Origin: a phage
DNA: 64,000 nt
Sequence record: MZ956763.1
Reading direction: 5' to 3' (one strand)
Under the pieces are notes generated by a model, which worked only from the letters and a program-made list of their open reading frames with translations, was not told the origin of the DNA and did no database searches. Positions within the stretch are counted from its first letter, which is position 1. Each line of letters opens with the position of its first letter. Of this stretch, positions 29,802-39,822 are shown piece after piece. The position numbers and the translations under genes were made by a program.

Positions 29802-32168
29802 ATGCGCATGGTAAACGACCACGCAGAAGTGATTAAGAGTTCAACTTCTTTAGAGACGTCTCAAGCACAGATTACAATGACACCTGAAATGTTCAGCCTT
29901 TTGAGTTCAGGTGTATACACATTCAAAGAAAGGGCAGTGATTCGTGAACTGTCATGTAACGCAGTAGATGCTCAAAAAGAAGCTGGAAAAGAGAACATCC
30001 CATTCCATGTGCATTTACCTACTCGTTTTGAGCCTTACTTTGAAGTTCGTGATTTTGGAACTGGTTTAACCCATGACAAAGTAATGAGTTTGTATCTGAA
30101 CTACGGGGCTTCTACGAAGAATGACTCTAATGATTACATTGGTGCAATGGGTATCGGCTCAAAATCCCCATTTGCAATTGCTCAGTCATTCACAGTATCT
30201 AGCTATGTTGATGGTGTTGCTAATAAGTACTCTGTTTACCTTGAGAATGGTATCCCTCAAGTAACTAAGCTTACTACCAACCAAACAAATGAACCCAATG
30301 GTTTAGCTGTACGTGTAGCAGTTGCTGACCATCGTATTTCAAAGTTCTTTGAAGAGGCTGGTCACGTATACTCATACTTTGCTGTAAAACCAGAAAGTAA
30401 CATTGTATATGATGATGTATTAGCAGATATGAATGTCATTGCCCGTGAAGAGGGTGTTTATGATGCTATGATTCATAAGCAAAGCTGGCGTTCTAGTGGC
30501 AACAGGACAGAGTTTAATGTGGTGATGGGTAATATTGCCTACCCAGTGAACATGGAAGCATTACTTGGTGATGATTTCTTCAAAGTCTTGCCAGAGTTTT
30601 TCCGTAGGAGCGTAGACCTTGTAAACATCTACATGCCTATTGGTTCAGTGGCTATTGCAGCTTCTCGTGAAGCATTGCAGATGAATGACACGACAAAAAA
30701 TGTTATCATTGAGGCTACTAAAAAGATAACTGAAGCCATTACAAAGGATGTTATCAAGAAAGTTAATAGCCAACCTACACTCATGGATGCTGCACAGGCT
30801 TATGCTGAGTTACGTTTGAACTCACGAGAGATGTTTAATGCTGTGTGTCCAAAGCTAGAGTGGGGAGGCGTTAAGCTTGATTCTCTGGAAGAAGAATTAC
30901 TAAATATTCGTCGTGGAATTATCTACGCAGAAGACGGCTCAGTCATTTATGAACGTGACGGTAAAGGTAATATTAAGGTTGATAGGAACGGGAACAATAT
31001 CCCTAAAGTAGATTATCTTTATGACCCAGTTGCTTATGTCAAGTTCAACTCTTTAGAGAGTAAGATTCGTGCAACATCGCTTTCCTACACTCAAGAGGCA
31101 AGTATGTTCAATATCTTTGGCGCAATGCGTAAAAGCCAAATTGAACAGTTTTTGTTTGTTATCAATGACCGTCGCAATAAAAATGGTACTGAGAAGACTG
31201 TAGGACGCAATCAAATCTTGCGTGGTGCATGTCGAGACTATGCCAGTGAGTCAAATCTGTTTCACAGATACAACGGTATTGTCTTTGTATTCTCTACTGA
31301 GAAAGAGTTAGACGACTTAATCAATCTGCACAAACTTGATAAAAGCTTGTTAAAGATTGTGAAGATGTCTGATAAGGAACACCATTATCAGCGTAAAGAA
31401 GCTGTAAGAGGTGTTGTAAAACTCTGGAAAGCTGTTCCAGCAGAAGGTGTAGCTTCATACACAGAGGTGTCAGAAGACTTAGACACAATTGAAGAGCCTC
31501 AACTTTATATCAAGGCAGTAGGTGATACTGTTGATGGTGAATGTTTTTGCTCATCTCCAGATGATGTAGCTAAGTCAGTTGCCAATGTCATTGGAAAGAC
31601 AGTCTATGTTTTCCGAAAAGCAAATTGGAAAAAGATACCAGAAGACTGGATTGAAGTAGATGAGAAGCTCTTGAACGACAGCTTAACTGATGTTCACTGG
31701 ATTAACCATAACAGATATATGACACGTATCTACATGAATGGTGTCCTTGACCTCACAAGCAGTTGGATTATTGCCAGAAACTTTACGTTCAATAACAAGA
31801 AGATTTCTCGTGGCTATTGCTATTCACGAGACACAAACAAAACTATCTTCTTAGAAGGTAATGAAGATGCTGTTGATGCAATGTTTGGTAAAATCCAATA
31901 CGTTGCTGCACCGTTTGCATACACTTACACTATTAGCGTGTTGCAAGATTTGAAAAGTTGTCTTGATAATGATACAAAGCTTTACAAGAAAATTAAGAAA
32001 GCTGGTGACCGCATGGTCATTAAGGTGACAAACTACCTTTCAAAAAGAAAACAAGAAAACTTCTTGCTTTCTCATTTAGATTGGAATAAAGTGTCACCCA
32101 TCGAAGTGAGTAAGTTCTTAGGCTTTGATGTGAAGTGTGTTCCAGAAGGGACTACAATTTACGATTAA
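29802..32168 (+). CDS. rIIA-like protein (GHKL/HATPase_c-type ATPase fold)
   Basis: 788 aa; N-box-like RELSCNAVDA and G1-box DFGTGL near N-terminus. Confidence 0.55.
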   Translation: MRMVNDHAEVIKSSTSLETSQAQITMTPEMFSLLSSGVYTFKERAVIRELSCNAVDAQKEAGKENIPFHVHLPTRFEPYFEVRDFGTGLTHDKVMSLYLNYGASTKNDSNDYIGAMGIGSKSPFAIAQSFTVSSYVDGVANKYSVYLENGIPQVTKLTTNQTNEPNGLAVRVAVADHRISKFFEEAGHVYSYFAVKPESNIVYDDVLADMNVIAREEGVYDAMIHKQSWRSSGNRTEFNVVMGNIAYPVNMEALLGDDFFKVLPEFFRRSVDLVNIYMPIGSVAIAASREALQMNDTTKNVIIEATKKITEAITKDVIKKVNSQPTLMDAAQAYAELRLNSREMFNAVCPKLEWGGVKLDSLEEELLNIRRGIIYAEDGSVIYERDGKGNIKVDRNGNNIPKVDYLYDPVAYVKFNSLESKIRATSLSYTQEASMFNIFGAMRKSQIEQFLFVINDRRNKNGTEKTVGRNQILRGACRDYASESNLFHRYNGIVFVFSTEKELDDLINLHKLDKSLLKIVKMSDKEHHYQRKEAVRGVVKLWKAVPAEGVASYTEVSEDLDTIEEPQLYIKAVGDTVDGECFCSSPDDVAKSVANVIGKTVYVFRKANWKKIPEDWIEVDEKLLNDSLTDVHWINHNRYMTRIYMNGVLDLTSSWIIARNFTFNNKKISRGYCYSRDTNKTIFLEGNEDAVDAMFGKIQYVAAPFAYTYTISVLQDLKSCLDNDTKLYKKIKKAGDRMVIKVTNYLSKRKQENFLLSHLDWNKVSPIEVSKFLGFDVKCVPEGTTIYD

Positions 32169-32173
32169 AGTGT

Positions 32174-32203
32174 TTGACAAGGGGCTTCAAAGCCCCTTAG
32201 AAT
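32174..32203 (+). promoter_or_regulatory. sigma70-like promoter with hairpin in spacer
   Basis: TTGACA, 17 bp spacer containing GGGGCTTCAAAGCCCC, then TTAGAAT. Confidence 0.45.
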
Positions 32204-32247
32204 AGCCTTACAAAATGATTTATTAACTAACAAGAGAGAGTAATAAG

Positions 32248-33357
32248 ATGACTACTAAAACTAAAGCACAGATTGACGCAGAAATTTACGAACTGGTTAA
32301 AGAAGGTAAGCTGACTAAAACAGCTATTGCACAGAAGTTCAATACTTCAACCCGTTCAGTTGGTCGTGCTGTAGAGCGTCACGAAGCAACCTTAAAAGGG
32401 AAGAAGAAGGTGACTTCTAAGCCAGCTAAGAAGACTTTGAAGCAAGTTGCTAAATCAGTTAAAAAGAAAGCTGACAAACCAGTTGAAAAGGCCGTTAAAG
32501 ACGCTGTACAGAAAGCTCCAGTAAATAAACTGCATGAAGCTATGCAGAAAGATGACAAGATTGAGTACATGATTACTGGTGACTCTGTAATTATGACTTA
32601 CGGTTCAGAATCTGAAATTGTTGAGTCTACTCATCCGAACTATCAAGAGATTGTAGTTCATGTTGTGAAAGGTGAGTTCAAGAAAGCATTTGAACTGATG
32701 AACATTCGTAAGTCTATCGAAAACTTCACTCAGGGTGCTATCACAATCAAAGGTGACAAGCTCTTCTACGGTGCTGTTGAGATGCGTTCTACTCTGGTTG
32801 ACCGTATTCTTCATATGATGAAAACTGGTGATAAAGGTTTTGAACGACTTGTAATGTTCTTCGAAAAACTGATGGAAAACCCATCTAAAGATTCTGTAGA
32901 ACAACTTTGGGGATTTGTATCACACCTTGATGTTGAAATTGATGAAGAAGGCTACATCATTGGTTGGAAGAAAGTCTCTACTCGTGAAGGCAAGCTGGTT
33001 GACTCTCACACCTACAAAGTGCCTAATGATTTGGGTAACATTGTAGAGATGCCACGTTGGATGGTTGATAACAACCGTAACGTAACTTGCTCTCAAGGTC
33101 TTCATGTTGGTGCTTGGGATTATGTTCGTTGCTTCTCAGGTGATACCATCCTGAAGGTTCGTGTCCATCCACGAGATGTTGTATCTGTTCCGACTGATTA
33201 CAACGATATGAAGATGCGCTCCTCTCGTTATGAAGTTGCAGCAATCGTTGATAATCAACGTAAAGTGCTGAAAGCATGGGATGGTAAGACTGAAGCTTTG
33301 CATGTCATCGTTGGCACTGCTGGTGAACTCATCTCTCAACGTAAACGTGAAATCTAA
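32248..33357 (+). CDS. rIIB-like protein
   Basis: 369 aa directly downstream of rIIA-like gene; N-terminal HTH-like TKTAIAQKFNTSTRSVGRAV; own promoter upstream. Confidence 0.45.
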   Translation: MTTKTKAQIDAEIYELVKEGKLTKTAIAQKFNTSTRSVGRAVERHEATLKGKKKVTSKPAKKTLKQVAKSVKKKADKPVEKAVKDAVQKAPVNKLHEAMQKDDKIEYMITGDSVIMTYGSESEIVESTHPNYQEIVVHVVKGEFKKAFELMNIRKSIENFTQGAITIKGDKLFYGAVEMRSTLVDRILHMMKTGDKGFERLVMFFEKLMENPSKDSVEQLWGFVSHLDVEIDEEGYIIGWKKVSTREGKLVDSHTYKVPNDLGNIVEMPRWMVDNNRNVTCSQGLHVGAWDYVRCFSGDTILKVRVHPRDVVSVPTDYNDMKMRSSRYEVAAIVDNQRKVLKAWDGKTEALHVIVGTAGELISQRKREI

Positions 33358-33372
33358 TAAGTAATTTCTTAA

Positions 33373-33397
33373 AAGGCTGCTTCGGCGGCCTTTTTTA
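33373..33397 (+). terminator. intrinsic terminator after rIIB-like gene
   Basis: AAGGCTGCTTCGGCGGCCTTTTTT. Confidence 0.6.
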
Positions 33398-33457
33398 TTT
33401 GTATTTTGTGCAGAGTGCTGTATAATTGTTGACACGATAAACTAAACAGGAGAACCA

Positions 33458-34006
33458 ATGAAGAAATTGATTCTAGGATTGTGCTTAATGTTTACAGCAC
33501 ATTTATCTTATGCAGTTGACTGCCCAGAGCTATCAATTAGCCAAAAAGTTAACATGTTAAAAGCTTACCAGTATGGTGAGAACAACATGGGGAAAGGCTG
33601 GGGTATTACTCTAGCAGCTATAGCCTTACAAGAGTCAGAGTTAGGTCTGAAGGTAGAGAATAAAAAGACACATGATTATGGTATTTTCCAGAATCACTTG
33701 AAGACTGTTGTAAAGCGTAACAAAATTAGTCCTAATGTGGCTAAAAAGAAACTCTTAAAAGACTTTGACTATGCTGCGAAGGAAACCCACAAAGAGCTTG
33801 AGTTTTGGACTAAGGTGCATGGTCACCCGAAGTCAAAGAAGACTTTACAAAAAGTTTTAGCATCATATAATGCTGGGTATTCGTACAGAATCCCTAAAGC
33901 TAAGAAATATTCTCAAGATGTCTATAACAACATGAAAGTTATTGCTCAATGTGAATTTGCAACAAACATTTCTAAGGTAAACCATGAAAAAATTAAGAAA
34001 GTTTGA
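33458..34006 (+). CDS. secreted lytic transglycosylase-like protein
   Basis: signal peptide MKKLILGLCLMFTAHLSYA; SLT-like AIALQESELG...DYGIFQN. Confidence 0.55.
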   Translation: MKKLILGLCLMFTAHLSYAVDCPELSISQKVNMLKAYQYGENNMGKGWGITLAAIALQESELGLKVENKKTHDYGIFQNHLKTVVKRNKISPNVAKKKLLKDFDYAAKETHKELEFWTKVHGHPKSKKTLQKVLASYNAGYSYRIPKAKKYSQDVYNNMKVIAQCEFATNISKVNHEKIKKV

Positions 34007-34679
34007 CGAAGTGCTGTGTCATGCTTATGACTTACATCCCCATGAATTAGGTATTGATTCTGACATATGGACTCCAGAGCAGTGTAGAGACTTTGAAGAT
34101 ACTGCAAGAGAGGTTGTATGCTCACTTGAAGAGTTCCACACACCGGAGCCAATTGTGAATGTTATCGATAAAGAGACTGGGAAAGCCATAGGTGTAAGAC
34201 GTGATAGTCTAGTCATAGTCAATAAAGACCTTGTAGAGAAAGGAAATCTTATCCTAGCAGATATTGATGGTGTTCTAACATATTTTAATCACGAAGCTTA
34301 CTCAGCAGAGTTGACTGATGGGTCATTTTCACAGTACACCAACTTACTTGATGCTGTAAGAGCAAAACCAACATATGTTTTCCACATCATTGATGCAATT
34401 GCAAATCATGCAGCCGTTGGGTTCTTGACAGCAAGAGGTGAGACTCAGAGAATACCTACTGAGATGTTTTTAAGACACAATATAGAACATGATTACTTGC
34501 TTTTTATGCGTGGCTTTGGAACAAATTCTCTAAGTGCAGAAAGTTTAAAGGTTAGGATGATTCAGTCTTGCATTCTTCCTTATTTTAATATAGTATGTTT
34601 TATAGAAGATACAGAGAAGAATGTTCAGAAGGTAAACAGAATCCTTCCACACATCAAAACCATGTTAGTTAAACATTGA
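33984..34679 (+). CDS. hypothetical protein
   Basis: 231 aa ORF. Confidence 0.45.
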   Translation: MKKLRKFDEVLCHAYDLHPHELGIDSDIWTPEQCRDFEDTAREVVCSLEEFHTPEPIVNVIDKETGKAIGVRRDSLVIVNKDLVEKGNLILADIDGVLTYFNHEAYSAELTDGSFSQYTNLLDAVRAKPTYVFHIIDAIANHAAVGFLTARGETQRIPTEMFLRHNIEHDYLLFMRGFGTNSLSAESLKVRMIQSCILPYFNIVCFIEDTEKNVQKVNRILPHIKTMLVKH

Positions 34680-34689
34680 GAGAAAACTT

Positions 34690-35154
34690 ATGAACAATAT
34701 CATTACGGTAGCACTGGACGTTACGGCAAACAAATCTGAAGTGGTTCGTAACATTATCAAGAACAACTTCGAGGGTAAAATCTTTCGTGCTGTCAACGTA
34801 AAAGCAGACGGTAACGTTCGAGAGTATCGTGCTCTTTTGAATGTTAAGAAACACGTAAAAGGTTCTGGCTCAACGACAGCACACAAAGAAAACCTGATGA
34901 CTATCTATGATATGGGTATGGCTTCAGAATTAGGTGCTGAAGGTATTGTTAAAGAAGGTGCTCCGTATCGCTCTTTCAATCTGGAAACTGCTCTCATGCT
35001 TTCCTTTACAAGTGGTTCTAAAACAACCACTTATCTCTTTACTGATGCTGCAACGGTATCTGCTATTAAGGATAGCACTGTCAAAGCTGGCGTAGTTGCT
35101 GCTGCAAAAGCTTCTTCGATGGCTGCGAATATCCTTGCTAAAGTCCTCGGTTAA
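34690..35154 (+). CDS. hypothetical protein
   Basis: 154 aa ORF followed by terminator. Confidence 0.5.
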   Translation: MNNIITVALDVTANKSEVVRNIIKNNFEGKIFRAVNVKADGNVREYRALLNVKKHVKGSGSTTAHKENLMTIYDMGMASELGAEGIVKEGAPYRSFNLETALMLSFTSGSKTTTYLFTDAATVSAIKDSTVKAGVVAAAKASSMAANILAKVLG

Positions 35155-35165
35155 GGTTAAGATAC

Positions 35166-35188
35166 AGGCTCCTTCGGGAGCCTTTTTC
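35166..35188 (+). terminator. intrinsic terminator
   Basis: AGGCTCCTTCGGGAGCCTTTTTC. Confidence 0.6.
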
Positions 35189-35206
35189 ATTTCAGGAGAT
35201 TGTTAA

Positions 35207-35554
35207 ATGACATTTAAAGAGTTCTGTCAAGCTACTTTCATAATTGTTTTCTTAGTTGGGGCAGGTGTCTGGGGAGGATACTCTTACAGAGACTACCAAG
35301 TTGCTGAAACTGAGCTAAACAATCAAAAGCTCATAAGTGTTGCTAAAGATGCTTATCAGGAAGGATTAGTCACACTGAGCACCAATTACAAAAATGATTT
35401 GAAAGATGTGCTTGCTAAGAATAAGCATACAAAAGAGGTACTAACATATGAAAAAACTAAGCCAGAGTTTTATAATGTTTGTGTTACTGATAACTATGTC
35501 AGGGTGTTCAACGAACAAAGTGAACAGTACATTCAAAAACTCCCAAGTAAGTGA
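35207..35554 (+). CDS. putative i-spanin (N-terminal TM protein)
   Basis: 115 aa; N-terminal TM helix FIIVFLVGAGVWGG; 3' end overlaps a lipoprotein ORF in another frame. Confidence 0.45.
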   Translation: MTFKEFCQATFIIVFLVGAGVWGGYSYRDYQVAETELNNQKLISVAKDAYQEGLVTLSTNYKNDLKDVLAKNKHTKEVLTYEKTKPEFYNVCVTDNYVRVFNEQSEQYIQKLPSK

Positions 35555-35717
35555 GAGTGATAAGTACACTCAAGAAGAGACAAGATTCATTGTCAAAGGT
35601 AATACTGGCAGTGATGTGGCAGCAGCCCTTGAGTTTTATCGTGATGGTTTTTACCAGTGCACAATAAAAGCTAATAACCTTATTGATATGATTTTATTAG
35701 GAAACAAACAGCAATGA
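35448..35717 (+). CDS. putative o-spanin (lipoprotein)
   Basis: 89 aa; signal peptide with lipobox ITMSGC; overlaps 35207..35554. Confidence 0.45.
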   Translation: MKKLSQSFIMFVLLITMSGCSTNKVNSTFKNSQVSESDKYTQEETRFIVKGNTGSDVAAALEFYRDGFYQCTIKANNLIDMILLGNKQQ

Positions 35718-35983
35718 CAGATAATGAAGACACTTTCTATGTAGAAGGGTACTTACTGCTACCACGACCAAAAGAAACTTATATGCGGTTTGATTTCTCA
35801 CCAACCATTATGGATAATGTGATGTGTCATATCTTTATGCAAGGTGTCACAGCACAGCTTAAGCATGTTGGTAAAGAGTGCAAAATAAAGGTTGACACTC
35901 ATCCAGAAATCAAAGAGAATCACTACACGTGGTTCTTACCAGACTCTAAAGAAATCTTAGCAGTTCTTAAAACGAGGAAGTAA
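35714..35983 (+). CDS. hypothetical protein
   Basis: 89 aa ORF. Confidence 0.4.
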   Translation: MTDNEDTFYVEGYLLLPRPKETYMRFDFSPTIMDNVMCHIFMQGVTAQLKHVGKECKIKVDTHPEIKENHYTWFLPDSKEILAVLKTRK

Positions 35984-35985
35984 CT

Positions 35986-36312
35986 ATGCAGATTAATGGA
36001 AGAGACTTTGTAGCCGTTTACTACGAGAAAGATAAAGAAGTTGGCGTAGCACAAGTATCTTATGGCAATGGTAAGTGGCTATATGGAACAATTGCAGTAG
36101 TCGGAACAAGGAGCGATACAAAAACTTTCAAAGATTGTGTTGACCTTCTTGAAGAATCCATACAGAATCATTGGTGTCTGATATGGATGACTGATAACGA
36201 AGTGATGGAGCGTTTCAAAAAGATTGATATCAACATTGACAGTATTGAGCATGTTGATTTATATGAGCTAACTGAGAAGGTAAACTATGAAAGTAATACT
36301 AGCCAGAGATAA
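35986..36312 (+). CDS. hypothetical protein
   Basis: 108 aa ORF. Confidence 0.4.
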   Translation: MQINGRDFVAVYYEKDKEVGVAQVSYGNGKWLYGTIAVVGTRSDTKTFKDCVDLLEESIQNHWCLIWMTDNEVMERFKKIDINIDSIEHVDLYELTEKVNYESNTSQR

Positions 36313-36514
36313 AAAGACACGAAAGCTTATCAGGTCAGCAGTGTTCATTGGACGAAACGAGGTCATCCCATTTACAGCAAATGATGTGATAGCTTACAGG
36401 GAGAACTTAGTATTCACTGACTGCTTACGTGGCTTCATCTCTGAACCATTGGAAGATTTTAAAAGTCGTTGTGGTAAAGGTATCATCATTCAAGAGGCAA
36501 TTATTCATGGCTGA
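36287..36514 (+). CDS. hypothetical protein
   Basis: 75 aa ORF. Confidence 0.35.
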   Translation: MKVILARDKKTRKLIRSAVFIGRNEVIPFTANDVIAYRENLVFTDCLRGFISEPLEDFKSRCGKGIIIQEAIIHG

Positions 36515-36707
36515 TTTCTGCAAGAAGTGTGCAATAGAACATTTTGGTGTTGATACAGGGGACTTGAAAGGTCTCTTCACCAAAGAAGAGTTTGAATCTG
36601 GTTCAGCTATGCCAGTTATCTGTGAAGGTTGTGGTGCAGGTTATGTAGACCATGAGGGTAACCGTGTAAAACCATCCGAAGACATGCAACGTTGGGAGTA
36701 TTATTAG
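36507..36707 (+). CDS. hypothetical zinc-ribbon protein
   Basis: start at internal ATG (MADFCKKC...CEGCGAG). Confidence 0.4.
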   Translation: MADFCKKCAIEHFGVDTGDLKGLFTKEEFESGSAMPVICEGCGAGYVDHEGNRVKPSEDMQRWEYY

Positions 36708-36708
36708 T

Positions 36709-37494
36709 ATGGGTATTGTAAAAATTATTAACGGTGATATCTTTTCAGCATTTGATAAAGGTAAGTTTGACATCATCGGTCAGGGTTGCAACTGTATGAA
36801 TTTAATGGGTGCAGGTATCGCTGACAAGATTTCTAAACTTTACCCAAAAGCATATGAGACCGATACAGAAGTTTATCTATATGCAGGTGGCATTCGTCAC
36901 AAACCCTGTGAAAATTTACTGGGTAATTTCTCTGTAGCACGTTTAAAACAAGGTCGTATAGCTAACCTTTACACCCAACTTCATACTGGTAAAGATGCCC
37001 GATACAGTGCTTTAGAGTCATCTTTGAAGCAACTTAACAGATACTGTGAAGTCAATCAGTTGAAGAAAGTTGGTCTGCCTATGATTGGTGCAGGTATCGG
37101 TGGACTTGACCCTCAAGCTGTCACAGTTATCATTAATCAGGTGATGAAGGGTGTAGATGTATATCTGTATGTCTACGAGACAGAGATGTACAACGAGTTA
37201 CACTCAGGTTGGAAGAACTACTGTGAACCAGAATACTTTGCAGGTGTAGCAGTGTTCACAGATAACGCAGTTACCCTCTTCAGACGAAGAAAAGGTAAGA
37301 TACATCAAAGTAACCCTCCGGTTGAAAAGATGTCTCTAAGTAACGCTCTAGTTACCCACCTGTCGAAGAGCAATCACAGGATTGCAGTAACATTTGGCAG
37401 TGATGCAGATGCTTACATCTATGCAAGAACTGATGAGGATATCGAGACGATTTTCTCTTCACCAGAAGTTACCTTCTTAGACGCAAAGAACTAA
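36709..37494 (+). CDS. macro-domain protein (ADP-ribose binding/processing)
   Basis: N-terminal IINGDIF...IIGQGCNCMNLMGAGIADKI resembles macro-domain glycine-rich loop. Confidence 0.5.
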   Translation: MGIVKIINGDIFSAFDKGKFDIIGQGCNCMNLMGAGIADKISKLYPKAYETDTEVYLYAGGIRHKPCENLLGNFSVARLKQGRIANLYTQLHTGKDARYSALESSLKQLNRYCEVNQLKKVGLPMIGAGIGGLDPQAVTVIINQVMKGVDVYLYVYETEMYNELHSGWKNYCEPEYFAGVAVFTDNAVTLFRRRKGKIHQSNPPVEKMSLSNALVTHLSKSNHRIAVTFGSDADAYIYARTDEDIETIFSSPEVTFLDAKN

Positions 37495-37570
37495 GAAACT
37501 CTGTAAAATATTCACAATAGACTAAGCCTTTCTTATCTGGTAAATTTTTCAGGTAAGGAGGGCTTTTTTA

Positions 37571-37750
37571 TTTCAGAATTGTGCAGGTAGAGTTCTGTAG
37601 AGAAATCTGTAGAGAAAATTTTGAACTCCAAAGGGAAAATTCATTTTCAAGTTGTGCAGGTAATCTCCAAAGAGCTTTTTCATTTTCAAAACGTGCAGAG
37701 AAAAATCAGGTCGGGCAAGAAAAATCATTTTAGAATTGTGCAGGTAGGTG
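37571..37750 (+). repeat. four direct repeats, consensus about ATTTTCARAAtTGTGCAGGTA
   Basis: copies near 37571, 37643, 37681, 37725, plus duplicated CTGTAGAGAAA; upstream of small-gene array. Confidence 0.55.
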
Positions 37751-38003
37751 GGTGTAGGTGGGGATGTCGCCATTTCTCACAAGGCTACCACATCCGAAAA
37801 GAAAAGTCAACAGAAAAATTTGTAGCGGATTGAAAAATAATTCTTGATTTGTGTTCTGTTTTGTGGTATTCGCGCGCACCCGTTTCATTACATTTTTGCC
37901 AAAAATATTTTTAAAATTTTTCTTGACTATTCGAACGGGGTTATCTAGTATTTGCATCAACGGGGCGACAAGCCCGATAGCCTTAAACTAGGAGAATCTA
38001 AAA

Positions 38004-38210
38004 ATGCTATACGGTCGTGAATTGATGGTTACAACTAACGTTAACACAAATGTAAAACGTTTTTACATGCAAATTTGTGGCGTATGGTCTAGAATATCAG
38101 AGGCTGACTATTGCAACTATGTAGAAACGGCAATCAACTCTGATTGCTACCTTACAAGGAATACAAGAAAGCACATAAGACAGACAGCAGTTTACTACTA
38201 CGATATCTAA
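38004..38210 (+). CDS. small hypothetical protein (array gene 1)
   Basis: ORF preceded by conserved leader CCTTAAACTAGGAGAATCTAAAAATG. Confidence 0.5.
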   Translation: MLYGRELMVTTNVNTNVKRFYMQICGVWSRISEADYCNYVETAINSDCYLTRNTRKHIRQTAVYYYDI

Positions 38211-38298
38211 TAAAGTACTTTACAAGGGGCTTAAAAGTTGATATCTTAAGCCCCAGATAAAGAGCTTTATCAACAACCTTAAACTAGGAGATTCAAAA
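38211..38298 (+). repeat. class-1 intergenic leader repeat (representative copy)
   Basis: TAAAGTACTTTACAAGGGGCTTA..TAAGCCCCAGATAAAGAGCTTTA..CTAAACTAGGAGATTCAAAAATG; copies also at about 38680-38769, 39028-39115, 40096-40180, 40890-40976. Confidence 0.6.
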
Positions 38299-38679
38299 AT
38301 GGCATATCGTGCACCTAAATTCATCAATAAAGACAATTTCCGCAATGCACTGGAAAAATCACTTGATGAGAATTTTACAGGTCGGGTTATTGTTGTACAC
38401 GCATTCAATTTTAAGTATGATATTAACGGGAATAAAATCAACCATTACACGGCAACCATGTTAGATGGTGCGCTTTCAAGTGAAAAAGCCGTACTGAATG
38501 CACTTGCTGGACGTGGTAAAAACCTGATAAAATGCAATAAGAGACGTTATCAGGGCGGCGCATATGGTTACGATGATGCTGTTTATCATCTTGAGAATAT
38601 GGGCTATTCAGTGGAAAAAGCTGGAGCGCCGCAAATCATTGGTAGCGATGGTTATGTAACAATTTTCAAAATTAAATAA
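38299..38679 (+). CDS. small hypothetical protein (array gene 2)
   Basis: conserved leader and SD. Confidence 0.55.
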   Translation: MAYRAPKFINKDNFRNALEKSLDENFTGRVIVVHAFNFKYDINGNKINHYTATMLDGALSSEKAVLNALAGRGKNLIKCNKRRYQGGAYGYDDAVYHLENMGYSVEKAGAPQIIGSDGYVTIFKIK

Positions 38680-38769
38680 TAAAGTACTTTACAGGGGGCT
38701 TATAGTTCGATAAAGTAAGCCCCAGATAAAGAGCTTTACCACTAAATCCTAAATTGGAGAATCTGAAAA

Positions 38770-39027
38770 ATGGCTATTATCAAAAACGTTGTAGTTCCTG
38801 CAAAAACTCGTGATGACGCTCGCGTTATGGCTAAAAAGTTATGTGGGAGAGTGGTTGACAACGGGAAACAATCTGCTGTAAGATGGGGTGTAAAGGTTGA
38901 TAAACATTTAACCTTAAAACGTAGTTCAAACAACCTTTTTAAAGGTGTAAAATCACTCGGTAAAGTGAACGTTTTTACCAAAAAAGGTTATAAAATGCAC
39001 TTATCATTAACTGGCAATTTAATCTGA
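38770..39027 (+). CDS. small hypothetical protein (array gene 3)
   Basis: conserved leader and SD. Confidence 0.5.
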   Translation: MAIIKNVVVPAKTRDDARVMAKKLCGRVVDNGKQSAVRWGVKVDKHLTLKRSSNNLFKGVKSLGKVNVFTKKGYKMHLSLTGNLI

Positions 39028-39115
39028 TAAAGTACTTTACAAGGGGCTTAAAAGTTGATATCTTAAGCCCCAGATAAAGAGCTTTACCACTAAATCCTAA
39101 ACTGGAGATTCAAAA

Positions 39116-39412
39116 ATGAAATTATCAAATAAAGTTAGGGAAAACCTTAGCAAATTACTCAATAAAATTGATTTTATCGAGACATCAAGAAATAGTCATG
39201 ATGTTATGGAATGGTTACACGGCAAAATAAAAGGCCGTCGTGTGGTGATTTGCTTATGGAATAGTTGCAGGGAGTATAAAAAACCTGTATTACAAGTTAA
39301 TATATACGATAATACTTTTAAAAGCCCTGTAAAGTCTAAAAGCGATTTATTAGAATCTTATGAGATATCTGTAAATGGTAAAGTATCACGTAAAGAGGTA
39401 ACACCATGCTAA
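39116..39412 (+). CDS. small hypothetical protein (array gene 4)
   Basis: conserved leader and SD. Confidence 0.5.
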   Translation: MKLSNKVRENLSKLLNKIDFIETSRNSHDVMEWLHGKIKGRRVVICLWNSCREYKKPVLQVNIYDNTFKSPVKSKSDLLESYEISVNGKVSRKEVTPC

Positions 39413-39738
39413 TGACTGGCATCACCGCAATCATAGCCATTATAGCACTTTATAAGGCATATAAAGCCTATAATCTGGCAAGTAAGGCAATCACGCAGCA
39501 GGTTAGCAATAGCCTTGTAGAGAGCTTTCTAGGGCGCCTCAGTGATGAGCAAATAAAGCGGCTAGAGATGAGCTTCAGATATAAAGCGAAAACCTATCAG
39601 ATAAGTGACATCTTCAAAGATGATTTTCAGCTTGTCGATGATTATAATGCTCTGATAAATGCTTTAAATATCAGTGACTTAAAAGACTACTACGCTGTAA
39701 TTGTTCAAGAACTGAGCAAACGAAAACAAAATGCTTGA
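39406..39738 (+). CDS. small hypothetical membrane protein
   Basis: 110 aa with N-terminal TM-like segment; translationally coupled to previous gene, lacks the conserved leader. Confidence 0.45.
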   Translation: MLMTGITAIIAIIALYKAYKAYNLASKAITQQVSNSLVESFLGRLSDEQIKRLEMSFRYKAKTYQISDIFKDDFQLVDDYNALINALNISDLKDYYAVIVQELSKRKQNA

Positions 39739-39822
39739 CACTGGTTTTTAGATAGATTAAATTACACATCAACGGGGGGCGATAACCCCACTACATAAAG
39801 CCCTTAAACTAGGAGATTCAAA

